NCBI RefSeq assembly: GCF_006345805.1
Contig: NC_043000.1
Location: 139,686,001-139,750,000, forward strand
Origin: Octopus sinensis
Taxonomy: Eukaryota
Reading direction: 5' to 3'
Length of the DNA stretch: 64,000 nucleotides
Made by a program: the position numbers and the translations under genes. Under the pieces are notes generated by a model. That model made no database searches. It saw nothing but the letters and a program-made list of their open reading frames with translations, and was not told the origin of the DNA. This document shows positions 12,339-25,899 of this stretch, one piece after another. Position 1 is the stretch's first letter, and each line of letters starts with the position of its first letter.

Positions 12339-12380
12339 ATATAGATATAGATATATACATACATATATACATATATATAT
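12059..12380 (-). mobile_element. SINE A 3' half (5' half at 14166-14324), split by an RTEX LINE
   Basis: Homology stops in the (TA)n tract and resumes after the LINE with CAGTTTCCGTCTACC. Confidence 0.9.
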
Positions 12381-14165
12381 CATCATCATCATCATCATCA
12401 TCATCATTTAGCGTCCGTTTTCCATGCTAGCATGGGTTGGACGGTTCTACTGGGGTCTGTGAAGCCAGAAGGCTTCATCAGGCCCAGTCAAATCTGGCAG
12501 TGTTTCTACGGCTGGATGCCCTTCCTAACGCCAACCACTCTGTGAGTGTAGTGGGTGCTTTTTACGTGCCACCCGCACTGGTGCCAGACAGAGCTAGCAA
12601 ACGGCCACGAACGGATGGTGCTTTTTATGTGCCACCGGCACAAGGGCCAGGCGAGGCTGGCAACGGACACGAACACGAAACGGGGCGGTGCTGGCAACGG
12701 TCGCGAAACGGAAAGTTCTCTTACATGCCACCGGCACTGGTAACACATCTGCAATTTCCATTGATCGATTTCCATTGATCGATTTCGATTCTGATCCTCA
12801 CTTGCCTCAATGGGTCTTCACAAGCAGAGTTTCGACATGCCACTGGCACTGGTAGCACATCCGCAATTTCCATTGATCGATTTCGATTCTGATCCTCACT
12901 TGCCTCAACACGTCTTCACAAGTAGAGCTTTGTGTCCCAAGAAGGGAAGGTATGCATACGTAGGCTGGCTCCATCCCATGTAGAAGGCCACGGGTTGTGG
13001 ACTCACTTGTCCTGCCGGGTCTTCTCGCGCACAGCACACTTCCAGAGGTCTCGGTCTCTAGTCATTTCCTCAGTGAGACCTAAAGTCCGAAGGTCGTGCT
13101 TCACCACCTCGTCCCAGTTTTCCTGGGTCTGCCTCTTCCACAGGTTCCCTCAACCGCTAGGGTGTGGCACTTTTTCACACAACTATCTTCATCCATTCTC
13201 ACCACATGACCATACCAGCGCAAACGTCTCTCTTGCACACCACAACTGATGCTTCTTAGGTCCAGCTTTTCTCTCAAGGTACTTACACTCTGCCGAGTGT
13301 GAGTACCGGCATTACACATCCATCGGAGCATACTGGCTTCATTTCTAGTGAGCTTACGCATATCCTCAGCAGTCACGGCCCATGTTTCACTGCCATGTAG
13401 CATGGCTGTTCGTACACACGCATCATACAGTCTGCCTTTCACTCTGTGCGAGAGGCCTTTTGTCACCAGCAGGGGTAAGAGCTCTCTGAACTTTGCCCAA
13501 GCTATTCTTACTCTAGCAGTTACACTTTCAGCACACCCGCCCCCGCTGCTGACTTGGTCACCTAGGTAACGGAAACTATCAACTATTTCTAGTTTTTCTC
13601 CCTGGAAAGTGACGGAAGTTGGTCTCAGAGCATTTTCAGTGTTTATTGTTCCTGAGCATCTGCCACATACAAAAACCATCTTCCTAGTTAGTCTTCCTTT
13701 GACATTGCTGCATCTCTTATGTGTCCATAGCTTACACTTGGTGCATCTTATAGAGTTTCTACCTACACCTTTTCTACAGATCGAGCAGGGCCATCTACCT
13801 GAAGGTGTTTGTGATTTGTCTACCTTCCTACTGATTACGACTTTGGTTTTAGCTAGATTGACTCTGAGGCCCTTCGATTCTAATCCTTGTTTCCACACCT
13901 GAAACTTCTCCTCCAGTTCTGATAGCGACTCAGCAATTAGAGCAAGGTCATCAGCATAGAGGAGCTCCCAAGGGCATCCTGTCTTGAATTCCTCCGTTAT
14001 TGCCTGGAGGACTATGATAAATAGGAGGGGGCTGAGTACTGAGCCTTGGTGGACCCCTACCTCTACCCGGAATTCTTCACTGTACTCATTTCCAACCCTC
14101 ACCCTACTAGCGGCGTCCCTATACATGGCCCGCACAGCTCTCACTAACCATTCATCTATCCCTAG
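12381..14165 (-). mobile_element. 5'-truncated RTEX-type LINE (RT core, PHD-like Cys/His insert, thumb, 3' UTR repeats, (GAT)n tail)
   Basis: ORF 13101-14306 reads GVHQGSVLSPLLF, LLYADDL, FRYLGD, MLHGSETW and RLRWYGHV; a frameshift follows GRGRPRK; 3' UTR contains GGCGTTAGGAAGGGCATCCAGC and a ~104 bp internal duplication (about 12745-12950). Clade label is inferred. Confidence 0.9.
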
Positions 14166-14324
14166 ATATATATACAGTTTCCGTCTACCAAATACACTCA
14201 CAAGGCTATGGTCGGCCTGAGGATATAGTAGAAGACACTTACCCAAGGTGCCAAGCAGTGGGACTGAATCCGGAACAATGTGGTTAGTAAGCAAGCTACT
14301 TACCATACAGCCACTCCTGCACCT
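14166..14324 (-). mobile_element. SINE A 5' half
   Basis: A/B boxes and core present. Confidence 0.88.
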
Positions 14325-14340
14325 ATATATTTTACAGACA

Positions 14341-14688
14341 GTAAAAGGGTAAAAAAAAACCTTTGGTATTGGGTGACAAGAAGGATTGCACCTGGAAAGT
14401 TACTCTCTGAGGAACAGGTCTGGGCAAAGTTGTTTATAGAAGACCAACAGTCACCCATGCATGTCAGCCTCTCCTCTACACACCACTGATGTTATCCAAG
14501 AGAAAGGCAAAGGCCAATACAGCTTGGTACCAGTGACGTCGCAACTCATTTCTACAGCTGAGTGAACTGGGGCAATGTGAAATAAGTGTCTTGCTCAAGA
14601 ATTCAATACATAGCCCAGTCTGGGAATTGAACTCACTATCTCATGACTGTGAGACCAACACTCTAACCACTGAGCCATGCACCTTCAC
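14341..14688 (-). mobile_element. tRNA-derived SINE family F
   Basis: Minus strand starts GTGAAGGTGCATGGCTCAGTGGTTAGAG, has B-box-like GTTCAATTCCC and a CCAGTTCACTCAGCTGTAGAAATGAGT core. Confidence 0.7.
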
Positions 14689-16483
14689 AGAAAGTAATAT
14701 GCATAGATAGAACATAGTATTTTATATTCGACAATTGATGAATCTAGAACAGCTTTTAGGGAAAGAAGCATCAAAATCTATAATGTAAAGAAATCTTGGA
14801 CCCTATTAGAAATATGTCAGAATATGTGCAAACTTAATTCAAATATTTGTGATGCTGAGTTGAGTTGGTATAGTCTTCTACTGTGTTCAAGTTACCAAAT
14901 TCACTAAAAAGTGATTAAGGCATTGTAAGTTAATGCATTGTAGTGGAGATTCAAAACCTAACTGCTGGATACTTGGACTGATACCATGAGTGAACCACTA
15001 CAGTTTGACGTGATTGATCCATAAGTTGACCAACCTGTGTAAGGCTGTGGTTTACTTCAACGCTTTAAAATTCGACATTTTGTTAATTATAAAAGCTGTT
15101 TTTGATGCTAAACTAATTGCAGTGTAGAAAGTGACTAATTATTTCATGCATCTCCTCTCTTGCCATGGAGACGGTTCTGAACATTTGTGCAGACGACAAC
15201 TGGTTCTCAGACAGAATGAACGGAACAGTTACACAATGTCTCATAAGAGACTTCTATGGATATGGTGTCGTTTTCCTCTCTAACCAATTCAGCAGTTATT
15301 AATATTGTTCATTGTAGTTTGCCAATGTGAAATATCTTTATGGCCAGTAATAAAATATTTCAGTTAAATGTTTGTGAGTTTACTTAAACTGTTGCTCATA
15401 CAGCCAGCGAAATACATCTTTGTTGTTCAGCTCATCACAAGTGACAAGCAACACCAGGCAACAATGTCATATCAGTAAAACAATGTTTTCTTTTGTTTTC
15501 TTAACAAAATGCTAGAGATGCTGGGCTACAATTGTTTTAATATATCCTAGCAGTGTATATTATGGGTTATTTGGTTCTTCCAAAAGTCAGTGTAGCTTCC
15601 TTCTTGGAAGTCTATCAGAACTCAGGCTCAGAAAACTGAAGAGATATCAGTTCTAGATTGACGACAAAGATACTGTTTTTTTTTTTTATATGAGTGTTTT
15701 TGGAGAATTTTTCTGCTATCAATAGCTTTAGTGCTTGCTGTCAATTGGTCTCAGATAAAAGCATAGCTCAAATGTATATATATATATATATATATATCGT
15801 ATTGGTGCTTCGTTTGTAAACTTATAAAACTGGTCTCAATTATCCAAAGTGCTTTGGATAGGTACTGGAAAGCCAAGTATTAATGTGAGTCTTAGAAACA
15901 TACATTATTGTTTCAATAAAAAAAAAAATTCATGTTGTCTGGAGAACTGGAGAAAAAGTTGTCTAGTATATCAGAAGTTACTATGCAGCTGAATAGAATC
16001 TATAACAAAAATAAGAAGATTATAAACATGTCTTTATCAAATATTGACAAAATATATAAAATGCTCCTGATCTTTATTGACTTATATTGATTCTACATGC
16101 AGTATTATTGTGTGAAAGAAATGATTGTCAGAAAATTCTTTTGCAGAAGTTTTCAGCAACAATTATGCAATTGTTCTTCAAAGATAATTTGACCTTTGGC
16201 AAAATATTTGAAATAATATATTCAGTTTTACAACAGAAGTGGAATTTTCAAGTCAATACTTTAGAGATATGGAATAGTTGTTTTATTTTTATTTTTTTTA
16301 TTTTTTTTAAAAAGAAACATCTTAAGCAGAATTGATATCTTTGTATAAGACTATTTAAAGAGTAGGTAGTGAAAAAGTAGTTATAGATTTGACAATCCTT
16401 TGAAACAAAGCCAAAGAATTTCTTGATTGAATTCATTTAAAATCACTGCTAGAATTTATGGCATCAAATGGTGTGCCTATATA

Positions 16484-16624
16484 TAAGGTTGTCCCAAAAG
16501 TTCGTAGAAAGTCTTGGAAAATAATGGTCTTTATTTTGAGGAATAATTTTTGTTGTTTTTGTTAGTACTTGGCGAGTAAAAATTCAATTTTCGCAAGTGT
16601 TTACGAACTTTTGGGACAACCTAA
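16484..16624. mobile_element. 141 bp Tc1/mariner-type MITE
   Basis: TIR AGGTTGTCCCAAAAGTTCGTA / TACGAACTTTTGGGACAACCT with TA flanks. Confidence 0.8.
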
Positions 16625-16903
16625 TATTTAGAGTACTGATTATCATAATATAGTCTTCATGGCATACTTAGTACGAAATTCGTCATACTAATTTTGGTTA
16701 TTTATTTCTTTAGCTTTTTTTATCTGTTATCAGTAAGGCCATTCTGGATCACTGTCTTCAGAATTAAATTGTCTCTGTTGCTTGTGTCATGTTAGTTTTA
16801 TTCAAGGAATCCATTAGCTTTGTTGCATTTTCCAATTTATGCAACATCTCTTATTCATAAATTAATGCAGTTGTGCAAAAAGAAACAAAAGCAACAGAAT
16901 CAC

Positions 16904-16955
16904 TCAATATGAATGATGTCCGCAGCAGAAACTCAGGTTGCAGTTCATCCAGAAT
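16904..16955 (-). CDS. Candidate 52-nt exon (ILDELQPEFLLRTSFIL), phase 0 to 1
   Basis: TTTAACTTAG acceptor and TGA|GTGATT donor; phase-compatible with neighbours. Confidence 0.45.
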
Positions 16956-17499
16956 CTAAGTTAAATGACAGCCATCAGTGTCATTTAATACCTTTGGCTC
17001 TCACAGCCTACTGAAACATACCAGCACTTAATTACTTCTTTGAAAGCTGCATTATAGATTATATGAAATAAATGTCCTAATAAAACAATAGATAATGGCA
17101 TATATTCAATGTGGTTTGTATTAGATTCATCAATTCAGCATGCAAATACAGGTAAAAATACACCTGTATGCAAATGTATGCATATGCATGTACACATTCA
17201 AGCATACTCGTGAACATACACACATGCACAAAATTTAAATATCTTATGATTTTGTTATTGTTGTTTAGCCCTGCTCACCCCTAATTGAGCAGAATAATGA
17301 TTAAAGGTGTTCAAGCCATGTCTATCCTGTTTTTATTTAAAGTATGATATATCCAGGACTGCATGTATTTCTTTCTTTTTAAAATTGGTGTGTTGACATG
17401 AGGGTTATTAGGCTATTTTTAGCAGGTCAGAAACCATGTAAAGGCCTCTTCATTTGCTCTTCTTGACATTAACACCAGCTTAATATTACTATATATATT

Positions 17500-17650
17500 A
17501 TCATCGTTTAACGTTTGCTTTCCATGCTAGAATGGGTTGGACGATTTGACTGAGGACTGGCAAACCAGATGGCTGCACCAGGCTCCAATCTTTGTCTGGT
17601 AGAGTTTCTACAGCTGGATGCCCTTCCTAACACCAACCACTCTGAGGGTG
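17500..17650 (-). mobile_element. RTEX 3' tail fragment
   Basis: CATCGTTTAACGT...CTGGATGCCCTTCCTAA...CAACCAC motif shared with the 12381 element. Confidence 0.8.
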
Positions 17651-18152
17651 TATCTTGATTGAATATAATCAAATGTAATTGTGCCATTACCATTCTGTCT
17701 ATTTTTCAGATGTAGCATATCAAGGACTACATTATCCAATGTGTCCTTTCTGTTTCAAAAAACAATATGAAAGATATGTGGCTCTCTATTTCTGGCAAGT
17801 TGAATGACGACATACAGGATCAATTGTTGGATGTAAATACCTAACAATGTGATGAGAGCAATGTTGGGTATATTTTTTCTTGATGTAGAGAGACAGGAGC
17901 AATTCCTTCTGATGAATTTCAGCCTATTCCAGATAATTAAATTTGCTAAGACTTACAAGCATGTCACATAACAGAAAGGAAACGAATAAAGTAGGGAATG
18001 AAAGCTGTGTCACAGATACAGACTCGGTGAATTTTTATAAGCATTTAATTCCCCCCTCTCTCTCAAACACACAGGCATATTCAAGGTATCTTACACATAG
18101 GTTATTATATTCTTAAATTTATTTAGGAGAATATTTTGTTGAACACCCTTAA

Positions 18153-18372
18153 CCCTTTCATTACGGTATTTATTTTGAGATGCTTTGTGTTTCTTTCAAT
18201 TACTTTAAATATAACAAAGAATTTAGAAAAATAACTTAGTTATCATTAACCTAGTGTTAGGAACATAAATTGTGACTAAGGTTTGGTGGAAGATTTTAAT
18301 TCAAAACTTATGAAAATAAGACATTTGAACTCAGAGCCAGAGCCGGTTTTGGCAGGGTTGGTAACGAAAGGG
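18153..18372. mobile_element. piggyBac-like MITE
   Basis: TTAA|CCCTTTC...GAAAGGG|TTAA termini. Confidence 0.75.
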
Positions 18373-18875
18373 TTAATGATGTATATTTGAATTACTAATA
18401 AAGGAAAATTTGGTAGTCATTCTAGTGTTGGATGAAATGCTGGATAGAATGTCTTGTTATTTGTTCTAACTGACCATGTTCTGATTTCAACTCCTGCCAA
18501 ACTCAGTCTAGCTTTTAACCTTTCACATTTCACTATCAATCCAGGGTAGTAGAATAGCAAAACTCTAAGAAAGGCAGACCAGATGTATTGTGCCCTATTT
18601 GTTCAGAATTTTTACATTTGAAGTTCAAATCCTGTTATGGTCTACTTGTGTGGTTCAACACTATCACTTGGCATCTTCGGTGTCCATAGCAGACACTACC
18701 CTGTGGAAGCATTTGAAGATATTTTCCTCCATTTCTCCTTATCAGTCATGGAGGCTTGGTAAAGAGTCATGGGCACTAACTTGCCTCCAGATTAAAAGAA
18801 TGAAAAAAATTAAAAATAGAAGGAAAAGGGAAAAAGTCAGACTCAACAAAATTTGAACTTAGAATGCACAAACAT

Positions 18876-19285
18876 AGGCATTAGAGTGGCTGTGTGGTAA
18901 GTAGCTTGCTTACCAACCACATGGTTCCGGGTTCAGTCCCACTACTTGGCATCTTGGGCAAGTGTCTTCTACTATAGCCCCGGGCCGACCAAAGCCTTGT
19001 GAGTGGATTTGGTAGATAGAAACTGAAAGAAGCCCGTCGTATATATGTATATATATAAATGTGCATGTATATATGTTTGTGTGTCTGTGTTTGTTCCCCC
19101 AACATCGCTTGACAACCGATGTTGGTGTGTTTACGTCCCCATAACTTAGCAGTTTGGCTTAAGAGATCGATAGAATAAGTACTAAGCTTACAAAGAGTAA
19201 GTCCTGGGGTCGATTTGCTCGACTAAAGGCAGTGCTCCAGCATGACCACAGTTAAATGATTGAAACAAGTAAAAGAATTAAAGAA
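18876..19285 (+). mobile_element. SINE A, full length
   Basis: Family homology end to end. Confidence 0.92.
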
Positions 19286-19799
19286 AAGAAAGAAAGATAT
19301 TCTTGGAAGTAATTTGATTTAGTATGATGGTATTTTTTTCTATCCTCTTATCTTCCTTTTCATTCGTCTCTAAGAATGCTACAGCTATGAAGTAGCCATG
19401 CTAGATATGAAGAAATAGATGGGAATTCTCTGATGTGTACTCAGTGTAAACTAATGACTTCTTAATAGGTAAAGTTGGATCTCAGACAGCCTGGCTGAGA
19501 AGAAGGGTTTCATATTTAACATTTTGCAACAGAATCATACATGAAATGAAATCTTTCAACCAGCTAGAAGGCTTGCTGAAAGTAGTTGATTGCAAAAGAA
19601 TAAAAGTCAGTATAGAATTTGTTTGTGGAAAAAGAAAGTTCAGGGCTCTAATGATAATAAAGAGTTTTGTGTATATTAGCATGCCAATGAGTGAACTTAA
19701 ACATTGTCCTTTGATTGGCTAGGAATTGCTGTAAAACCATTCTCAAAGCACATACATCTGGTTTGAATAGGAAGAACACAATGGAAAATGTAGTTTGGA

Positions 19800-20340
19800 G
19801 AACACAATACCTGTGAAAAGACAAGATAGTAATTCAGAGCTGACCTGAAGTTTTACAAAAGCAAAGAAAGGATTCTTTTTCTGACTGAAGGGCATATTTT
19901 AAGATGCTTGTGTATGAAGTATGGTGTTGTGTAGAAACAAGTCATGGATGTTGAATTATGTGGAAGGTATTTAGGCTGGAAAGAAATATAGTATGTTCTA
20001 TTGGGTGTATAATATCAATTTTCATGAACAAGAGAGTATAGATGTGCTGTGACAAAATGATAAGTAACAAAAGAATCTGCTGTAGTATGCCACTTAGAAG
20101 ACTGTGTTTGCATGGATATATAATGTATACGAAAGGTAACATTTAGATGAAGAAGTGCTCTGCAATTCCGTTAAGTTGAGCTAGTTGGAGAAGACAACTG
20201 AAGGAAAAGTGTTGAAGTCTGATTTCATGATACTGGACATACTGACAAACTGCAACAAGTGGTAGGATGTTGTGATAGAGAGGACAATCCAACTAATGTA
20301 AGCATGATGAAACAGACGTGAAAAACTGATGATGATGATT
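19800..20340 (+). mobile_element. Highly decayed RTEX 3' region with (GAT)n tail
   Basis: Weak similarity to the thumb and 3' UTR of the 12381 element; ends AAACAGACGTGAAAAACTGATGATGATGAT. Confidence 0.45.
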
Positions 20341-20566
20341 ACATACTTGTAAAGGTATGAGTGTATGAATATACAAACATTTTTGCTGCTAGCCTGAAAA
20401 AGAAGTGTGGAAAAGAAAAACTATAAATTCATCATATTTTGGTACTTAAAAAAATAATAACATTACCATTTGAAAACTTGTTTCAAGTTCTCTACATGGC
20501 AAAGAATTATTTCAATTGTTTAGTTTAATCGCTTACATATATCTTTATATTTTTAAAAGTTGTTTT

Positions 20567-20574
<8 letters not shown>

Positions 20575-20634
<60 letters not shown>

Positions 20635-20672
20635 TTTATTATTATTATTTTTATTATTATTGTTATTATTAT
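20575..20672. repeat. (TTA)n microsatellite
   Basis: Direct. Confidence 0.95.
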
Positions 20673-20961
20673 TTTCTTTTCATACATTTCTTATTACAGC
20701 ACGATGCAACCTCAAAATAATTGGCACCTTTATTTTTTTTATTATAGAACATTCAAGGAAACCAATTTTGTTTCTGGTTTTCCTTAAAGGTTAAAAATAG
20801 ATTAGTCTAATGTTAAAAGCAAATAAATATGTCTGCAGTAGTTTGATTGGTGGAAGAGAAGGCGTAAGATAGAAAACAATTTACAAAGTCTTAGGATGAA
20901 TGGAAAAAAACACACACAGACACACATACATATAATATATATATGTGCATATATATGTATA

Positions 20962-21005
<44 letters not shown>

Positions 21006-21399
21006 CATACATATATATACACACACACACACATACATGCATGTATGTATATTTGTATGCATATATGTATGTGTGTGTATAAAGCAGGAAATAAAAACTA
21101 AAGACAAAAGGAGAAATCATTTTTTGCTCTTTTTTATTTGCAAATTGTTTTTGTAATCATTATAAAATAACCCTCACTTGTAGTCATATTAAGAACAAAA
21201 GAAATGAGAAAAAATACAGGGAAAGAAAGAAAAGTAAAAGTACTCATCATTTTCTTTGTAAATTAGATTTTCTCAGTGGTATTGGCCATCAAAATTAAAT
21301 ATGTCAATACCAAAAATTTAGTTGTAGTTTTTTTTTCTACATTTGAAAATATATTTCACAATAAACTGTCATTCACAAGCAAAATTAACAAGGAGCGCC

Positions 21400-21406
21400 A
21401 ATGGTA

Positions 21407-21442
<36 letters not shown>

Positions 21443-21535
21443 ATGATGGTAATGGTGATGGTTAAGTCAACAGTTTTTGATGATGATTAAAAACTATAAT
21501 GTCGAACCTGACAATACTAACAACAATAACGATGT

Positions 21536-21585
<50 letters not shown>

Positions 21586-21678
21586 ATGATGGTAATGGTG
21601 ATGGTTAAGTCAACAGTTTTTGATGATGATTAAAAACTATAATGTCGAACCTGACAATACTAACAACAATAACGATGT

Positions 21679-21714
<36 letters not shown>

Positions 21715-21790
21715 CGATAACAGAAATGATAATGATGATATTGATCTCAGTGATGATGATGATGATGATGATGTTGATAGTCATGATGAT
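21400..21790. repeat. (GAT)n region containing a ~143 bp tandem duplication
   Basis: The block TTATGATGGTAATGGTGATGGTTAAGTCAACAG...AACGATGTTG occurs at 21441 and 21584. Confidence 0.9.
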
Positions 21791-23304
21791 TGTTTTATAT
21801 AGTTATAAGTAATTACCGCTTGACAGAATTTTAGCTCTAGTCCATATTCAACACTTCCAGCAACAGTCAACTTGCCACTGGTGCTGATATAATTGTAATC
21901 AAGCCTGATTGATATTGATCGATTGTAATCAATAATTGTTTTTAATTTCCTTAACCTTTTTCTAAGAGAGAGCAAACTGGAACTTTTTTTTATTCAAACT
22001 CATCAAAAAAATTGTTTTTATTTGTTTATTCTGATCATATAAAGATAGTACTTTTTTGAGCGAGGCATAGTCAGTTAAACCAAAGCATTACCTTTTGTTC
22101 TGAGGTAATCAACTGAATGCTTCAAGGCAAATCACCAGTCAAACACTTGTATATGCTATGCATTTTGTCTGACCTGGAACCCGTGACAAGCCCTTTGTCA
22201 TACCAGAAACTGGTTATATCCTGAGAAGTTGTATTGACTTTTCTCTGCACACTAATATCTAAATGTTTATATATGTTCTCTTCCACTCGAGGCATAAGGC
22301 TTGAAATATTTATATATGTTACTACAGACATATCTTTTTGACTTTGAGGGAGGTGTCTTTATTTCTTTATACATACATTCACCAAGCTGTTGTTCATGAG
22401 CCCCAAATCATCCCTGATAGAGCAGACAAAGGACAAAATGAATTCTGTTTGTAAACATACTGTTTTTTTAATGATATCTAGGACTATATTATCCAATGTG
22501 CCATTTCTTTATGTAAAATATTATGGTTTGATTTGAGAGAATTTGGTTGCTATTTTCTGAAGATTGAGTAACCACACAGAAACGCCTTTATTGGCTTGGT
22601 TTCCCATACAGCTGACAGGTTCAGCAGTGTATTCTCAATTCAGAACTTTAACAGAACTCATCCCTTTCCTGGTGAAAAATGATTTTGATCATAGAAATTA
22701 AGTTTGTTAATAATACATAAATGGTAAATTAGCAAAGATGGAAGTGTTTGGGATAAAATACATCAAAAGGTCAAATTTCCCTTTCATCATTTGGGGTTGA
22801 GAAGAAAGTACCAATCCTGACAATGGATTGGTAAAACTGTCAGAATATTGTATCAGATGCCTGGCAATATTTGTTATGGTTCTTACACCCTGCGCTCCAA
22901 TCCAGCATTGGCCTACATGAGTAGTGCTGCATTGAGCACTTGAATCCTGTGACCAATGCAACACTAATGCATGGTACCACTGGTAACTCAAGTGGAATTC
23001 ACTCTGTTGTTTGGTCATTGGTGTGAGAATACTCTTCTTCCTTCTTCCAGCCATCTCAAATGATATCAAATTTTTTGAAACACCCTGCCCTCAGTTGAAA
23101 GATACCTGTTGTTATATTCACGTTTGTATTTGTAATTGTGTCCCATGTTCTCCGTTTTTTTTTCTTTTGTCTTTGTTGCCATACACATTCACAAGCTTAC
23201 TTACAAAAAATCTAATACGTTTAGCTTGGACATTTTTTTTGAGGCAACCAGATTGAACAGTCTCAAGTGTGTGTGTGCGCGTGCGTGTGTATGTGTATGT
23301 ATTT

Positions 23305-23450
23305 CATCATCATCATCATCATCACCACCATCAACATGATGTCCATTTTCCATGCTGGCATCATTTGGAGGTTTCACAGGAGCTGACCAAAGGAAGAACT
23401 ATCCAGGCTCCATGTCTCTTTTGACATGATTTCCATGGTTGGATATTCTA
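23305..23450 (-). mobile_element. Old RTEX tail fragment with (CAT)n
   Basis: Degenerate CATCATC...TTTTCCATGCTGGCAT motif. Confidence 0.55.
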
Positions 23451-23671
23451 TATATATATATATGTATAAATATCGGCAAGAAATCCTCTATAACAAATAT
23501 GGCTAGCACTGACCATAAATGTCAATTAATGAAATCCAAACAAATTAGCATGATAAACACATTATTGAAATGAGATCAACATAAGATGTAAAAAGATCAC
23601 AACAAAAACTTATACAAATACGACAATAAACATAGATATCTCATAATTAACTGCCTAATAGAAATCCTAAT

Positions 23672-23904
23672 AAGATAGTGAGCTGGCAGAATTGTTAGCA
23701 CACCGGGTGAAATGCTTAGAAGTATTTCGTCTGCCACTACGTTCTGGGTTCCAATTCCACTGAGGTCAACTTTGCCTTTCATCCTTTCGGGGTCGATTAA
23801 ATAAGTACCAGTTGTGTACTGGGGTCGATATAATCGACTTAATCCATTTGTCTGTTCTTGTTTGTCCCCTCTGTGTGTAGCCCCTTGTGGGCAGTAAAGA
23901 AATA
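23672..23904 (+). mobile_element. tRNA-derived SINE family B with 12 bp TSD
   Basis: GAGCTGGCAGA head, GGTTCCAATTCC B-box-like motif; AGAAATCCTAAT duplicated at 23660-23671 and 23905-23916. Confidence 0.9.
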
Positions 23905-24231
23905 AGAAATCCTAATGGTTTTGACATCTGTGAAGTAACATTCAACTCGATGCAGAACCTGACAAAATGCACACAAAAATACTTCAAATTTACTAGTTTC
24001 AGAATATAATCTGATCAGAGATACCTACTTGCAAATCATCAATATTCAATACTAGCATAAAGGAAACTGAAATTACTCTTATTTTTTTAATATATTATCT
24101 TGCCTACCCAAATTTGATCAACCACTCATTTGCATAGCATATGCTTCATCAAAAAGTTTGACTTTATCTATAAATGAATCTGCACTTACATTATTTTTAG
24201 CACATAGCAAAGCCTGGAATATAAAGCTTAC

Positions 24232-24313
24232 AGCTTTAGTAACAAGGCTCAGATCCACACAGGTTTGGTGATATACCCTGAATACCGACCAGTCAGCTTG
24301 CAAAAATATCACC
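24232..24313 (-). CDS. Candidate 82-nt exon (VIFLQADWSVFRVYHQTCVDLSLVTKA), phase 2 to 0; an in-frame alternative donor at 24190 adds VSFIFQALLCAKNN
   Basis: CTATACTATAG acceptor; GTAAGC and GTAAGT donors, both phase 0; overlaps supplied ORF 24118-24312. Confidence 0.5.
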
Positions 24314-25132
24314 CTATAGTATAGAATGTTTCAGTTGTCCCCACGTAATTGGGGTTATAAAATCGAAAGCACATCAGGATCAGTGCAGAGGCTAGAGAAC
24401 ATTTGAGAAAAGATAAATGGGGCACAGGATCTTTGGTCCCTGTGTGACCTCTCTTTAAAAGAATTACTCTGTTTTCAATTCACTTCTCCAAGCACATAGC
24501 ATGAACACAATATCTCACCTCTTGCTCCACAAATAGATAGCCAGCCAATTCTTAGTCACAAGCACATCAGAGGCACATATAGGATGCACAGACAACAAGT
24601 CTTATAAACAGAAAGCTTTCTTGGTTGCAATTCAACCCTGGGTTCAAGAAAACATTGTCTGTGAAGAACAGTATTTTTCTTGCATTTCACATGAAGCTAA
24701 TCATATCTGTTATTAATATAACTATGAACTGCATTTGCTTATAGCACACCACAGGACACTATGGTCAAGCCATTGTGTATTTATGTAAATATTGTGATAT
24801 ACTGCTGTAAAAATAAATGTTATTGAAACATAATTCAGAGTAGCTTTTATTACGTCACAGCATGTAGCTAAACTTCATACCAATTAATTAAGACCTATCT
24901 AAGCTACCTAACAACCATACTTTATAACATGACTAGAGGTCATGTCATACACTATTTTCAAAGAATTTGTTTCAATGCCCGGAGCATAGATGTAATATGA
25001 AATTCAAAGTTATCATTCTTATAATAAGTATTGGTTACAAATATGTTATTAATACTAGTTATGGTAAAGTTTAAACAATTAACTTCATTTACAGTGTTGC
25101 CATTCATATTTGACGTGAGTTTTCTTTCATAT

Positions 25133-25330
25133 ACTCTCTTTTACTCTTTTACTTGTTTCAGTCATTTGACTGCGGCCATGCTGGAGCACTGCCTTTAGTC
25201 GAGCAAATCGACCCTGGGACTTATTCTTTGTAAGCTCAGTACTTATTCCATCGATTTCTTTTGCCGAACCGCTAAGTGACGGGGACGTAAACACACCAGC
25301 ATTGGTTGTCAAGCCATGCTAGGGGGACAA

Positions 25331-25392
<62 letters not shown>

Positions 25393-25564
25393 CATATATA
25401 CGACAGGCTTCTTTCAGTTTCCGTCTACCAAATCCACTCACAAGGCATTGGTCGGCCCGGGGCTATAGCAGAAGACACTTGCCCAAGATGCCACGCAGTG
25501 GGACTGAACCCAGAACCATGTGGTTGGTTAGCAAGCTACTTACCACACAGCCACTCCTGCGTCT
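25133..25564 (-). mobile_element. SINE A, full length
   Basis: Family homology. Confidence 0.92.
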
Positions 25565-25899
25565 ATTTTTCTGATTAAATCTTCAAAAACATTGCTATTA
25601 GTGATAAAGAAAATTGTCTATATAACTGCAGCAATCACTAAGCTGCTTAGATAAACCTATCTATTTCTCTTGGCATAAACAACTAAGAAAACTAAATTCA
25701 CATGCAGATAAATATATGTAAGCTAACAAACAGAAACAGAAATTACCCACTAGAATGTCCTTAACTTGTTTAATAACCTATCAGTGAAAGTAAATCATGC
25801 ATCAATGACAAATCTAACAATCTGCTATAAACCTTTCAATAGTTGAACATATAAAAACGTTATATCTATTCTGGACAAAAAAATCCTCATCAGCTTTAA

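Noticed and set aside
13101-14306. 401 aa ORF as a SINE-LINE fusion protein
   Set aside because: The first ~47 codons come from the SINE head into which the LINE inserted; the start is a non-ATG codon and the open frame is likely chance.
16110-16253. Plus-strand exon-like ORF (LLCERNDCQKILLQKF...)
   Set aside because: Weak donor and no consistent neighbouring exons; it lies antisense within the better-supported minus-strand model.
19469-19605. Plus-strand exon-like segment (GKVGSQTAWLRRRV...), plus a similar one at 9843-9915
   Set aside because: Plausible splice sites but no recognisable protein; open frames of this length arise by chance.
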